DNA of 64,000 bases from a virus (IMGVR_UViG_3300042254_000186:37678-101677); one strand, 5' to 3'. Counted from the stretch's first letter, positions 38,201 to 48,997 are shown. Notes: a model not told the origin generated them from the letters alone. Translations and numbers: made by a program.

Positions 38201-39424
38201 GTGCACATGGCCTTATTTAAGAGAAGAAAAAAGACTGGATCATTTGATGCACTCCAGTTAATCAGTAATTTAAATACGTTTTACACACCATTTGGTACAA
38301 ACATTTCAAAGAGTGATGTAGTAAAAATATGTATTGATCGAGTCGCAAGTCAATGTGCGAAACTCAAACCCAGATTTATAAAAACCGAAAACGATAAGAC
38401 AGTAACCGAGAAAAAAGGTAGGCTGTCTTTTCTTTTGAAGTATAAACCGAACGAAATTATGACACCTTATGACTTCATCTACAAAACAATCACATTACTC
38501 TTGTTGAATGATAACGCATTTGTTTATCCGAAGTTCGATAAAGATACAGGTGAACTAAAAGGTATCTATCCATTAAGACCGATCACTGTAGAAATCATTG
38601 TTGATAGCTCAGATACTTACTTCATCAAATTCTTGTTCGATAATGGAGAGTCATACATATTGCCCTATGATAATGTCATTCATTTAAGACGACATTTCGG
38701 ACAGAATGATATCTTTGGAGGAACTGGATCAACGGGCGATCATGAAGCAATACTAAAAACGATATCCATCAACGATAGCTTACTTCAAGGAATCGATAAT
38801 GCTGTGAAATCTTCAATGCAGATTAAAGGTATCTTGAAAATGAATGGTATGTTATCAGAAACGGATAAGAAGAAGCAACGTGAGTTATTCGATGCTGCAT
38901 TATCAGAATCCGTAAGTTTGAAGGGAAGTTCAATTATTCCGATTGATTTAAAGTCAGAGTATATTCCATTAGCAGTTGATCCGAAACTGATTGATAAGGA
39001 TACACTTGAATTCTTACAAGCGAAGATCCTGGATTACTTTGGAGTATCAGTCCCAATCTTTACTAACAAATATACAGAAGATGAATATAACTCATTCTAT
39101 GAGTCAACGATAGAGCCTTTAGCTATTCAACTTAGCGAGGCTTTTTCTTTAGGCTTACTTACGGATAATCAGCTAGAACGTGGAGAAGAAATCATATTCT
39201 ATAGCGAAAGACTACAGTATGCTTCATGGAATACCAAAGTAGCAGCTATTGAGAAACTGATGAGTCTTGGGATTATGTCATTAAATGAATCAAGAGCACT
39301 ACTAGGACTTGAACCTATCGAAGGTGGAAACAAACGACTTCAATCATTAAACTTTGTGGATGCAGATAAAGCAAATCAATATCAGGTAGGAACGGAGGAA
39401 CCTATAGATGAAAATAACAGTTAA
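38201..39424 (+). CDS. Portal protein (HK97 type)
   Basis: KPN..MT..DF, VIHLR and NESRALLGL.PI.GG. Confidence 0.92.
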   Translation: MHMALFKRRKKTGSFDALQLISNLNTFYTPFGTNISKSDVVKICIDRVASQCAKLKPRFIKTENDKTVTEKKGRLSFLLKYKPNEIMTPYDFIYKTITLLLLNDNAFVYPKFDKDTGELKGIYPLRPITVEIIVDSSDTYFIKFLFDNGESYILPYDNVIHLRRHFGQNDIFGGTGSTGDHEAILKTISINDSLLQGIDNAVKSSMQIKGILKMNGMLSETDKKKQRELFDAALSESVSLKGSSIIPIDLKSEYIPLAVDPKLIDKDTLEFLQAKILDYFGVSVPIFTNKYTEDEYNSFYESTIEPLAIQLSEAFSLGLLTDNQLERGEEIIFYSERLQYASWNTKVAAIEKLMSLGIMSLNESRALLGLEPIEGGNKRLQSLNFVDADKANQYQVGTEEPIDENNS

Positions 39425-39623
39425 TGGAAAGATATCAGAAGATGCCTTAAAGGTTATCTTAGATACACAAAAGAAGAAAACGATTATCATTGATGATTAT
39501 TGTAAAAAAGAGAAACTCGAGTCTCTTTTCTATAAAGACTCTGAGCTTGAATATGAATATCAAAAACAAGTAACACCTAAACCTAAGAAAGTGGAGACCA
39601 GAAATAATGATAAAGGAAACTAG
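39408..39623 (+). CDS. Small hypothetical head-region protein
   Basis: Overlaps the portal stop and the protease start, with an RBS. Confidence 0.6.
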   Translation: MKITVNGKISEDALKVILDTQKKKTIIIDDYCKKEKLESLFYKDSELEYEYQKQVTPKPKKVETRNNDKGN

Positions 39624-40197
39624 ACTCGCAGATGTCACGCTTCATGAAGAAGATGACAAGATGATATTAGAAGGCTATGCACTAGTCTTTAATAATGAAA
39701 CATTAATCGGTGATGAAGAATATGGTTTCATTGAAGAAATCGATTCAAGAGCACTATCAGAAACAAAAATGAAGGATGTTCCTATGAAATACAATCATAT
39801 GGACTCCTTTTTAATTTTAGCAAGAACAAGAAACCAGTCCCTTCAATTATCAGTTGATTCGCAAGGATTAAAAGTCCGAGCTGAATTATTAGATACGAAT
39901 ACAAACCAGGACATCTATAAAATGGTAAGAAGTGGGTTGTTGGATAAGATGAGTTTTGCTTTTACGGTAGATGAACAAGTATGGAACCGTGAAGGTAGAA
40001 TTCCAAAAAGAACTATTACAAAGATAGAACGATTGTATGATGTGTCGGTTGTGGATACTCCGGCTTATGATGCAACTAGTATATACGCTCGTTCTTTAGA
40101 ATCTATGGAGTTAGAACTAAAGGCTATGGAGTTAGCAGAGCAAGAACAAAACGCAAGCATTATCAAAAAACGAATCAAAATCAAATCACAAATTTAA
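39607..40197 (+). CDS. HK97-family prohead protease
   Basis: GYA..FN, YNH, MSFAF and DVSVV..PAY. Confidence 0.92.
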   Translation: MIKETRLADVTLHEEDDKMILEGYALVFNNETLIGDEEYGFIEEIDSRALSETKMKDVPMKYNHMDSFLILARTRNQSLQLSVDSQGLKVRAELLDTNTNQDIYKMVRSGLLDKMSFAFTVDEQVWNREGRIPKRTITKIERLYDVSVVDTPAYDATSIYARSLESMELELKAMELAEQEQNASIIKKRIKIKSQI

Positions 40198-40211
40198 AAG
40201 GAGAAAAAACA

Positions 40212-41345
40212 ATGAATTTAGAACTTAGACGAAAAGAAATCGAGTCAAGACTGACTGAAATCAGAGGTCTTGTCGATAATGAAACAGATATTACAAAACT
40301 AGAAGCTTTTGAAACTGAAACGACTGAGCTTCAAGAAGAAAGAAGTGTTATTGATAAGAAAATGGCGATTGCTAGTAAAACAGAAATCAAACCAATTGTT
40401 ATCGATAACAGAACTAAAATTGACAAAGAAAAACTAGAACAACGTGGAGCTAGTTTACGTGAATCAAGAGTTATTCAAGTATCGAGTGAAGAAATTTTAT
40501 TACCTGATCATACAGCTTCAGGATTAGATCCATTACCATTTAGACAAGTTTCCACACTTGTTGATCGTGTTAATGTAATCAACCTAAATGGTGGAGAAAC
40601 GTACAAGAAATCATTTGTTAAGAGCAATGGTATTGCTGGAACTACACTTGAAGGACAACCTTACAGTGAAACAGAACCTGCATTTGGATATCTGACAATT
40701 TCCAAAGTGAAGATTACTGCCTATACGGAAATCACAGAGGAACTTGAAAAATTACCAGCGATTCCTTATCAAGCAGAAGTATTACGCAATATCAATATCT
40801 CATTGAAAAAGAAAATCAGTGAGCAAATCTTACGTGGGGCTGGAACGACTAATACATTCACAGGAATCTTTAGTGATGCAGCTGTAGCTCTTGCGGATAC
40901 CACACCACTTGAAATTGAAGCAATCACTGATTCAACACTTGATGATATTGTCTTTGCTTATGGTGGAGATGAAGAAGTCGAAGGTGGAGCAGTACTTATC
41001 TTGAATAAGAATGACTTACGTGCATTTGCTGGATTGAAAACACCTGAAGGTCGAAAAGTACACACAATTGATTACGTCAATAAAACGATCGATGGTATCC
41101 CTTATATCATTAACTCAAACTGTAAAGCTATCTCAGATAGTAATACAGCCGCTGGAGAATACGGTATCGCTTACGGTGCACTTACCAATTATGAAGTACC
41201 AGTATTCTCACCAGTTGAAATCGGTAAATCAACTGATTACAAATTCAAAGATGGAATCATCAGCTATAAAGCATCAGTTTTCACTGGTGGTAACGTAGTC
41301 GGTTATAACGGATTCCTACGCATCAAAAAGAAAGCTGCAGCATAA
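40212..41345 (+). CDS. Major capsid protein (HK97 fold with delta domain)
   Basis: N-terminal coiled coil, ILRGAG...FTGI, and position after the protease. Confidence 0.9.
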   Translation: MNLELRRKEIESRLTEIRGLVDNETDITKLEAFETETTELQEERSVIDKKMAIASKTEIKPIVIDNRTKIDKEKLEQRGASLRESRVIQVSSEEILLPDHTASGLDPLPFRQVSTLVDRVNVINLNGGETYKKSFVKSNGIAGTTLEGQPYSETEPAFGYLTISKVKITAYTEITEELEKLPAIPYQAEVLRNINISLKKKISEQILRGAGTTNTFTGIFSDAAVALADTTPLEIEAITDSTLDDIVFAYGGDEEVEGGAVLILNKNDLRAFAGLKTPEGRKVHTIDYVNKTIDGIPYIINSNCKAISDSNTAAGEYGIAYGALTNYEVPVFSPVEIGKSTDYKFKDGIISYKASVFTGGNVVGYNGFLRIKKKAAA

Positions 41346-41381
41346 TAGTAGCTTAGACTAAATTAAGAAAGGATTGATCTC

Positions 41382-41678
41382 ATGGCAATATTAGATATCG
41401 TGAAAAAAGCATTACTTATCCCCCAATCAGAATCATATGCTGACGATGAACTATCAACTCATATTAGTAGTTGTAAAGCATACCTAACGAGCTGTGGGAT
41501 TGATCCTTCTTATATAAACGATGAATCAAATCCAATGGTTAGTACAGTGATCATAATTTATGTGAAGACATTCTTTGGTTTTAAGAATGATGGGAGTGCA
41601 AAGGAACTACCTAAAACATTTGATATGTTGGTAGGACAGATTGCATTAACAAAAGGAGCAGATGAAAATGTATCCTAA
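41382..41678 (+). CDS. Head-tail connector (gp6-like)
   Basis: LDIVKKAL...DDEL..I..YL...G and gene order. Confidence 0.78.
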   Translation: MAILDIVKKALLIPQSESYADDELSTHISSCKAYLTSCGIDPSYINDESNPMVSTVIIIYVKTFFGFKNDGSAKELPKTFDMLVGQIALTKGADENVS

Positions 41679-42003
41679 TTCACCAAACATTAGATTGAAA
41701 CTACTAACTATGGATTTGGTTCAAAATTCAATTGGATCTTCGGCATATCAACTTCAAAACTCAAAAGAAGTTAGCGGTATAAACTTTAGTATTACATCGA
41801 ACGAATACTATGAAAGTAAACGATCAGATATAAGAATCGATGTTGCACTTAAAATTCAAAGTTTCTTGTACGATGGTAGCAAATACGCAGACATAGCAGG
41901 TGATATATACAAGATTGAACGAACGTATCAGATCGGACAGTTCATTGAGTTATATTTGAGTAGAACTAAGATCAGAAAGAGTGACATCAATGATTACGCT
42001 TGA
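41662..42003 (+). CDS. Head closure/adaptor protein
   Basis: SITSNEYY...YKIERTY and gene order. Confidence 0.72.
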   Translation: MKMYPNSPNIRLKLLTMDLVQNSIGSSAYQLQNSKEVSGINFSITSNEYYESKRSDIRIDVALKIQSFLYDGSKYADIAGDIYKIERTYQIGQFIELYLSRTKIRKSDINDYA

Positions 42004-42373
42004 TGAACTTGGTGTTGCTATATCTGAAATGGTAGAAGAGTATGCTGAAGAGATTATTGGAAAACTTGAAAAACGACTAGATGAAACAGCTCAGGAAATC
42101 GTAAAGTATATTCAAACACATGCACCAAGAAGTGGTGGTTCAAAACCATTTGCCGATTCGTTTATTGCTGAATCTCAAGGTAGTGGAATCAACAAAACTA
42201 TTGTTATCTTCTCAAATGAAAAAGGAAAACTAACACATTTACTAGAATTCGGATTTACACATCGTAGTGGTAAGTATGTAGGGCCACGACCATTTATGCG
42301 TCCAGCCTATGATTTACTTACACCTAGAATGCTAGAAGATATTAAAACAATTATTGAAAAAGGTGATGTCTAA
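41981..42373 (+). CDS. HK97 gp10-like neck protein
   Basis: LTHLLEFG...RPFMRPAY. Confidence 0.82.
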   Translation: MTSMITLDELGVAISEMVEEYAEEIIGKLEKRLDETAQEIVKYIQTHAPRSGGSKPFADSFIAESQGSGINKTIVIFSNEKGKLTHLLEFGFTHRSGKYVGPRPFMRPAYDLLTPRMLEDIKTIIEKGDV

Positions 42374-42708
42374 TGCAGGAAAAGTTAGAAGCCTTATACG
42401 ATACTTTAAACTCTGTTTTACCAGGTAAGGTATCTTATGGAACGAGGGTAGGATTAGAATCAGATCCGAACTATATCATCTACCAAGAATTAAGCAATCG
42501 ATCCATTGTTTATGCAGATGATAGAGCAGTCGCAAAAGTAGCAACATTTCAAGTCAGTCTGATCACAGAAAAGAAGAACTTAGGATTAGAAGAACAGTTA
42601 GAAGAATCCCTTTATTTTATGGGATATGAATTTGAATTATTATCTGAATTTGTCAATGAAGACAGTTCAGTCAACAGAGTATATGAAATTAAACAGGAGG
42701 TTTTTTAA
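42373..42708 (+). CDS. Tail terminator/completion protein
   Basis: PNYIIY...YADD and gene order. Confidence 0.7.
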   Translation: MQEKLEALYDTLNSVLPGKVSYGTRVGLESDPNYIIYQELSNRSIVYADDRAVAKVATFQVSLITEKKNLGLEEQLEESLYFMGYEFELLSEFVNEDSSVNRVYEIKQEVF

Positions 42709-43275
42709 ATGAGTAATAAAGTCACATTTGGTTTAACGAACGTACACTATGCACTGGCTACACAAGCTGAAGATGGTAGCTGGACCTTTGCAACGCCTAA
42801 GCGTTTAGAAGGTGCGCAGGAAATTACAACTGAAGCAATCGGTGGAAGCACACAAGTATATGCTGATGATAAAGTGATTGCTACATTAGTATCCAATTCA
42901 GGATCTAATGTCACGCTTAAATTTACAGAAATTGATGACGTGTTCAAAAAGGACATCTTTGGTGTTTTAGAAGATACAAACGGAAATCTTGTAGAAGTAG
43001 TAAATGGTGAAACAAAGACATTTGCTTTGGGCTATGAAATTCAAGGAGATATTAAAGCGAGACGCATTTGGTACTTCTTATGTACAGCTACACCTTCTGG
43101 AGATGCTAGTAAGTCGAAAGCAGATTCCATTGAAGCGAACTCAATCACATTAAACATTACTGCAAGGCCTATTGAATCAGGAGATAATCTAATTCTAAGA
43201 GTAATCGCAGGTGTGGGAGATACGAACTATGCAGCTTTTCTTACTACAGCACCAGCATTACCTACATTTATTTAA
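42709..43275 (+). CDS. Major tail protein
   Basis: NKVTFGLTNVHYA...YADD...FALGYE..GD...RR.W. Confidence 0.88.
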   Translation: MSNKVTFGLTNVHYALATQAEDGSWTFATPKRLEGAQEITTEAIGGSTQVYADDKVIATLVSNSGSNVTLKFTEIDDVFKKDIFGVLEDTNGNLVEVVNGETKTFALGYEIQGDIKARRIWYFLCTATPSGDASKSKADSIEANSITLNITARPIESGDNLILRVIAGVGDTNYAAFLTTAPALPTFI

Positions 43276-43289
43276 GGAGATAAACTAAT

Positions 43290-43640
43290 ATGGAAAAAAT
43301 ACTGAAACTTGGTGAAAAGGAGTATCGACTTCATTCATCACTATTTACGATTATTGATTACCGTAATGTGTTCTCAACAGAGCTATTTAGTGATATTAAA
43401 AAGTTAGATAATTCTAAAGCAAAAAAAGAAGAAGATCTATCAACAGTAATTGACACAATCTTCCGAATTATATATGTATTACAACGACCATTCAGCAAGC
43501 AATCTTACAACGACTTTCTGATGTCACTGGATTTTTCTATTCTGAGTAATCAGGATGAACTTGAAAATCTAACGAATACGATAGGTGAAATGCTCGGTAC
43601 GTTTCAAAAAGGAACAACAAACAAACCGCCCTCAAAATAG
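43290..43640 (+). CDS. Tail assembly chaperone (G-like)
   Basis: Position between the major tail and tape-measure genes. Confidence 0.72.
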   Translation: MEKILKLGEKEYRLHSSLFTIIDYRNVFSTELFSDIKKLDNSKAKKEEDLSTVIDTIFRIIYVLQRPFSKQSYNDFLMSLDFSILSNQDELENLTNTIGEMLGTFQKGTTNKPPSK

Positions 43641-43827
43641 TGATGATGTAAACATAACAGCGAATATCATCTTTAACCTTGCTCATTTAGGTATTTCAAT
43701 TGAAGACACAAAGAGCTTTGATTTGGATACTTATTTTGAAATTGTAGAGCTTGAAATGAATGTAATCAATGGGAAGCAATCTATTAAAAGAGCTACGCAA
43801 AAAGATATTGATAAGTTCCTAATTTAG
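43585..43827 (+). CDS. Tail chaperone extension (T-like), probably made by frameshifting
   Basis: Overlapping +1 frame, no clear RBS, and RATQKDIDKF C-terminus. Confidence 0.65.
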   Translation: MKCSVRFKKEQQTNRPQNSDDVNITANIIFNLAHLGISIEDTKSFDLDTYFEIVELEMNVINGKQSIKRATQKDIDKFLI

Positions 43828-43911
43828 TATATTCTTATTTACTAATCTATGATATAATAAACTAAAAAATATGAAAGAAAACCAACTTAGCCTTAGAATA
43901 ATTGCAATCTA

Positions 43912-43939
43912 TTGACAATAGTGGATATTGTGGTATAAT
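43912..43939 (+). promoter_or_regulatory. Consensus sigma-A promoter of the abi moron
   Basis: TTGACA-N16-TATAAT with an extended TG. Confidence 0.8.
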
Positions 43940-43945
43940 ATAGTT

Positions 43946-43992
43946 GTGATCGAGCTTAGGTTACCCGTGTGGGCCTAGGCCTTTTCTTTTTT
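43946..43992 (+). ncRNA. Candidate abiF-type RNA antitoxin or leader hairpin
   Basis: GCTTAGG-TTA-CCC-GTGT-GGG-CCTAGGC bulged stem-loop plus a U-tract, between the promoter and the Abi gene. Confidence 0.55.
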
Positions 43993-44004
43993 TAGGAGAT
44001 AAGT

Positions 44005-44985
44005 ATGAAAGAATTTAAGACTTATAGACAACAGTTAAGGATTTTGAGAAATCGTGGGTTGATAGTTCCTACAAATGGTAAGCCAATGCAGATTTTACGT
44101 GAAGAGAACTATTATGCATTGATTAATGGATACAAAGAACCGTTTCTAGGTAGTAATCCTAGTGCTGTTGATCAGTCTGAAACTTATATTCCCGGATCTG
44201 AATTTGATGAAATATATTCTCTATATGTCTTTGATAGAAATATAAGAGCGATTATTCTTCGGATGATTCTTAAAATAGAAAGTCAATTTAAATCTTACCT
44301 GTCATATGAATTTTCAAAAGTTCATGGGTCAGAAAATTATTTAAAGACTTCTTCATTTAACGATACTGCATATACTAATCCTAATAGAAGTCAATATAAA
44401 GAGTATGAGTCTAGAATTGAAAAAATCAATCAATCAATTGCAAAAATCAACAACGCTATTGCTTATTCATATCGAAAAAAGGACTATATAAAACATCATA
44501 TTAATAAGTATGGTGCAGTACCGATGTGGGTTTTGGTTAACAGTTTAACAATGGGGAATATAAGTGTCTTCTTTTCCTTGATGAAACCACAAGAGCAGAT
44601 TGCGATTTCGCAAAACTATCAGTTAATGAAAGAAAATCTTAATAGATATATGAAAGTATTATCTGAAGTTAGAAATATATGCGCTCATGACGAGAGACTA
44701 TATAATATTAAGTTAAAAAAAGAGAGTGAAATTAGAGACACAAATTATCATAATTTGCTTTCAATTCCAATGGTCCAAAGCAAATACGTTAAAGGAAAGA
44801 AAGATTTTTTAGCAGTATTAATTTCAATAAAAGATGTAACAAAGAAAAGAGAATATGGTAAGTTGATTACTGAAATTGAGAGTGAAATAGATAAATTATC
44901 ACCTAAATTGATTTCAATTTCTATAAATGATATCAAAGATAAAATGGGATTACCAACGAACTGGACACAGTTAAGAACCTTATAA
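44005..44985 (+). CDS. Abi_2 family (AbiD/AbiF-like) HEPN RNase
   Basis: FKTY.QQL..L..RGL, NYY, LY.FDR.IR, PMWVL and RNICAH. Confidence 0.9.
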   Translation: MKEFKTYRQQLRILRNRGLIVPTNGKPMQILREENYYALINGYKEPFLGSNPSAVDQSETYIPGSEFDEIYSLYVFDRNIRAIILRMILKIESQFKSYLSYEFSKVHGSENYLKTSSFNDTAYTNPNRSQYKEYESRIEKINQSIAKINNAIAYSYRKKDYIKHHINKYGAVPMWVLVNSLTMGNISVFFSLMKPQEQIAISQNYQLMKENLNRYMKVLSEVRNICAHDERLYNIKLKKESEIRDTNYHNLLSIPMVQSKYVKGKKDFLAVLISIKDVTKKREYGKLITEIESEIDKLSPKLISISINDIKDKMGLPTNWTQLRTL

Positions 44986-45038
44986 TTAGACACATCAGAT
45001 TTTGGTGTGTTTTTCTTTTGCACTGGAGGTGAATATTA

Positions 45039-47048
45039 ATGGCAGAGACTGTTAAAGGATTAAACATAAAACTAACCCTTGATGGGAAGGATTTAGAGAA
45101 CGAACTAAATGGAATCAAGAAAGATTTAAAAGAGCAAAATAAAGATTTACGTGCGATTAATACGAACCTTCGTTATGATAGTACTAACCTTGATTTATGG
45201 AAACAAAAACAATCAAAACTTAATGATATATTAGTACAAACGAAAAAGAAACTTGAAACTCAGAACCAGGAGCTTGAGCATGCTAAAAAGGCTGTTCAAG
45301 TTGGTGATATGAGCCAAGAAGAATTTAATAAACTCAAACGAAACGTCCAATATACTGAAGCAGAACTTGCTAAGATGAATGGACAATTAGATAAGACACA
45401 AGATAAAATCAAGCAACTTGCTAATGCTAAATTTGATAAGATTGGTAAGATTGGATCAACACTTACAAAAAGTATAACGGTGCCTATATTGGGTGCCGTT
45501 TCTGCTTTAACGGCCTTTTCTATTAAATCAGCTTATGCAGCAGACGAAATTGGAGATACGGCTGAGAAGATAGGATTATCGGCTGAAGCATTACAAGAGT
45601 GGAATCATACAGCGACTATCTTAGGTGTATCAACCGAAAGAATGGAAAGAGCGTTTGTAAAAGTGAATGGTATCTTAGGTGATATCGCGACAGGCAACGG
45701 TGACAAGTATGCTGAAAGTTTAGCACTGATTGGATTATCTCTTGATGATTTAGAAGGTAAAAATACAGATGAAGCTTTCAATTTGATACGAGATGCATTA
45801 AGTGGTGTTGAAGATGAAGCGATTCGTTTAGGAGTTGCTAACGATTTATTAAGTGAACGTGTAGCAGCAGATATCATTCCCGTATTAACACAAGAAGCAT
45901 CAACTATAAATGATTTAAAAAATGAAGCTCGCGAGCTTGGTATAGTTACAAATGAACAAGCAGCTCAAGCTGGAGAATTTACAGATGCACTAGATCGCAC
46001 CAAACAAGCAGTGTCAAGTTTAGGTGTTGACTTAGCAAGCACATTGTTACCAGTTATCCAAGAACTTATTATCAAAGTCAGAGATAACGTTGTACCTACA
46101 TTAAAAGACTGGATTGAAAAATGGAACACTATGGATTCAGGAACTAAGAAGATCATTGTAACCTTAACTGGATTAGTAGCCGCCATTGGACCAGTGTTAT
46201 CTGTTGTAGGAAAAGTGGGACCATTATTAAATATGGCATCTATCGGATTAAAAGCAGTAGGGACATCCGGAATATTTGCAGGAGTTGGGATTAATGCAGC
46301 AACTTTAGGTATTGGAGCTCTTATTGCTATATTGGCTATGGCTTTATTTCAAAGCGAAGAGTTTCGAGCGTTACTTGGTAGACTTATGGAAACTTTCATG
46401 CAGCTCTTACCGCCTATCTTAGCCATTGTGGATAGTCTAATGACGGCATTGCAACCAATCCTAGATGTGATTATTAATTTGATCGTTATGTTACTAGATA
46501 TACTTACACCAATCTTGGAGATTATCCTTGAACCATTGATTATGCAGATTGAGATGTTTGCTCAAATATTGACAATCTTAGCACCACTAATAACAACTAT
46601 AGGTGAAGTGTTAAATGCTATTTTAGTACCTGCTATTGAAGTACTGATGTTTGTATTGGAACCAGTATTGAATATTCTTCAAAAGATTGTTGAATTTATT
46701 CAGAAGATATTCGAGTGGATTGGTGATTTGCCATCGAAAATTGGTGATTTTGGTGGCAAAGTGAAAGATGTCTTTGGAAATGTCACTGAAGGGATATCAA
46801 ATATAGCTAATAAAGTAACAGATGGTATCAGTAATTTCGCATCAAATGCAGCTGATAAAGTTAGTGGATTCTTTGGTGGAGTAGGTGATTTCTTTTCAGA
46901 TACATTTAACTTGAAAGGATCCAGTACGGTAAACAACTCTAACTCCAACTCATCAACAAAAAACACTAATAATATCACTATCAATACAACTTCACCAACC
47001 TTTGATATTGACTCTATTAATAAGGCATTAGGAGGTAGTGTGATATGA
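45039..47048 (+). CDS. Tape measure protein
   Basis: AETVKGLNIKL..DG N-terminus, coiled coil and amphipathic repeats. Confidence 0.9.
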   Translation: MAETVKGLNIKLTLDGKDLENELNGIKKDLKEQNKDLRAINTNLRYDSTNLDLWKQKQSKLNDILVQTKKKLETQNQELEHAKKAVQVGDMSQEEFNKLKRNVQYTEAELAKMNGQLDKTQDKIKQLANAKFDKIGKIGSTLTKSITVPILGAVSALTAFSIKSAYAADEIGDTAEKIGLSAEALQEWNHTATILGVSTERMERAFVKVNGILGDIATGNGDKYAESLALIGLSLDDLEGKNTDEAFNLIRDALSGVEDEAIRLGVANDLLSERVAADIIPVLTQEASTINDLKNEARELGIVTNEQAAQAGEFTDALDRTKQAVSSLGVDLASTLLPVIQELIIKVRDNVVPTLKDWIEKWNTMDSGTKKIIVTLTGLVAAIGPVLSVVGKVGPLLNMASIGLKAVGTSGIFAGVGINAATLGIGALIAILAMALFQSEEFRALLGRLMETFMQLLPPILAIVDSLMTALQPILDVIINLIVMLLDILTPILEIILEPLIMQIEMFAQILTILAPLITTIGEVLNAILVPAIEVLMFVLEPVLNILQKIVEFIQKIFEWIGDLPSKIGDFGGKVKDVFGNVTEGISNIANKVTDGISNFASNAADKVSGFFGGVGDFFSDTFNLKGSSTVNNSNSNSSTKNTNNITINTTSPTFDIDSINKALGGSVI

Positions 47049-47875
47049 TAAGACAATTTTATTTGGAAAATGAATACGGTGATATTTATTACTTTAATCA
47101 TAGAAACCAAACCCTCATCTCTCAAGTTAGTGGATTGGGGTTCTCACTTGATATGAAGTACTTAGAATATAGCCGATTTTATTCTCGTTCAGAATATAAC
47201 ATTCCTCTATCAGAGATAACAGAAACAGTAATCTTTTTAAGAGGGTATGAAGGATATAAAACGTTCGTAGATTACATTAGCAAAAGTAATAAAGAATACA
47301 AACTACATTATGAAAATGATGCATTCAAAGCATACTGTTATGTGGATATTGCAAGTTTAACAAAAGCCGAACTAATTGCAAATACTATTCAAAGCAACAT
47401 CGTCTTTAAAAAACTATCTCTTTGGTTGAAAGAAAAATCGTATGAGATTATTGCTAATGGTTCATCGAGTGGTAAGGTTTATCCTTATTCCTACCCATAT
47501 TACTATTCAAGTTCATATGAAGGAAAAACATTTGTAAGAAATGATGGACTAAATGATGCACCACTTGTAATCGAGATGATAGGTAGTGTAGTTGAACCGG
47601 AACTATTAATTAAGAAGGATGGAGAAGTGGTATCGACATTACGTTTATATTTAACTGCAGAAGATATAACCATTACCATTAACTCTATTCCTAGTAAGCA
47701 AGAAATGGTGATGGATGAATCAGGAGTGATTACTGATATTTATGGCTTACAAGATTTTGAAGTAGATAACTTCATTTTCCTTGAACATGGAGACTATGAA
47801 ATTGAATTTAAACCTGGTGTAGCTACTGAATCAATATGCAGAGTAACTGTATTAGAAGGTTACTTGGGAATATAA
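47045..47875 (+). CDS. Distal tail (Dit-like) protein
   Basis: Follows the tape measure. YPYSYPYYY and N.G..DAP motifs. Confidence 0.72.
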   Translation: MIRQFYLENEYGDIYYFNHRNQTLISQVSGLGFSLDMKYLEYSRFYSRSEYNIPLSEITETVIFLRGYEGYKTFVDYISKSNKEYKLHYENDAFKAYCYVDIASLTKAELIANTIQSNIVFKKLSLWLKEKSYEIIANGSSSGKVYPYSYPYYYSSSYEGKTFVRNDGLNDAPLVIEMIGSVVEPELLIKKDGEVVSTLRLYLTAEDITITINSIPSKQEMVMDESGVITDIYGLQDFEVDNFIFLEHGDYEIEFKPGVATESICRVTVLEGYLGI

Positions 47876-47878
47876 CTT

Positions 47879-48997
47879 ATGAAACTATTATTTCTTGATC
47901 GTAGTACATTGCAATATAAAGATAATGCATATGTTAGTAATCAATATGAACTGGTTCTAGATATGGTTTTAATAAAACGTTCAACATTTAAAGTAAACAA
48001 AACCAACATTAACTGCACAATTGGTGATATCGTCGTTTTGAAAAGTGACATCTATTCTTATATAGGTATCCTTGAAAGTATTGAATTAAATGATGATCAT
48101 ACCACTAATATCAAGTCTCTCGATTTCAGGGAGATTTTTAATTTGGATATACCTGCTGAAAGTTTCTCTGGGGATTTAGCTGATTACATACAACAAGTGA
48201 TAACGACTTACTTCAAGAATAATTCAGATCAGAAACAAAATTTATCCTATTTGACAATTAGTAAAGAAACGAGTGTTACCGGAAGTCTTAGTTTTGAAAC
48301 AGATAATATCATCAACATGTCAAAACTATTTGAGTTAGTATCTAAAGGATATGGACTTAGTTTTGATACAGACGTCACTTATTTAAGAGGTCGGATTACA
48401 GGAATCATCTTTAGAATTGTTAGTGTAAATCAAGGCATGGTAATTAAAAGCGATTTTTCGTCTATTTTAAATGTGGAAACGAATGATTCAACCAGTCAAC
48501 TTGTCAATAAAGTTGTTTATTATCCAAGAAGCGATAATCAAATTTATCAAACAATCAAAACGTTTTATTTACTTACAACTGGTGAAATCACAGAAGATGG
48601 AACGTCAGATGATAGATATACAAGCGTGATGTCTAAAAGTTATATCTATACAGATAACGATTACGAAACTTTAGAAACTAAAGCAAGAAGCGAAATGGTG
48701 ACTTCTAAACTTGATCACAATATTACATTTACCATTGATATGAAGAACAAAGTATTTATTCCATTTAAAAACATCTATCTTGGAGACTATGTTTCATTCA
48801 TCCACAAAGGTAAGATATATGAATCAATAATCACTGGGATTACATTTAAAGATTCTATGAACTATGCAACGATAACGTTAGGAGAGTATCGAGTGAAATT
48901 AACAGAAAAAATACAACTGCTTAGTAAAAACACAAGCAGTGGCTCAACAAGTAATATAACAATAACGAATACTGACATTGACGGAGGTGAGTTCTAG
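47879..48997 (+). CDS. Baseplate hub/Tal-like protein
   Basis: Gene order and LGDYV...I.GI...T.GE C-terminus. Confidence 0.65.
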   Translation: MKLLFLDRSTLQYKDNAYVSNQYELVLDMVLIKRSTFKVNKTNINCTIGDIVVLKSDIYSYIGILESIELNDDHTTNIKSLDFREIFNLDIPAESFSGDLADYIQQVITTYFKNNSDQKQNLSYLTISKETSVTGSLSFETDNIINMSKLFELVSKGYGLSFDTDVTYLRGRITGIIFRIVSVNQGMVIKSDFSSILNVETNDSTSQLVNKVVYYPRSDNQIYQTIKTFYLLTTGEITEDGTSDDRYTSVMSKSYIYTDNDYETLETKARSEMVTSKLDHNITFTIDMKNKVFIPFKNIYLGDYVSFIHKGKIYESIITGITFKDSMNYATITLGEYRVKLTEKIQLLSKNTSSGSTSNITITNTDIDGGEF

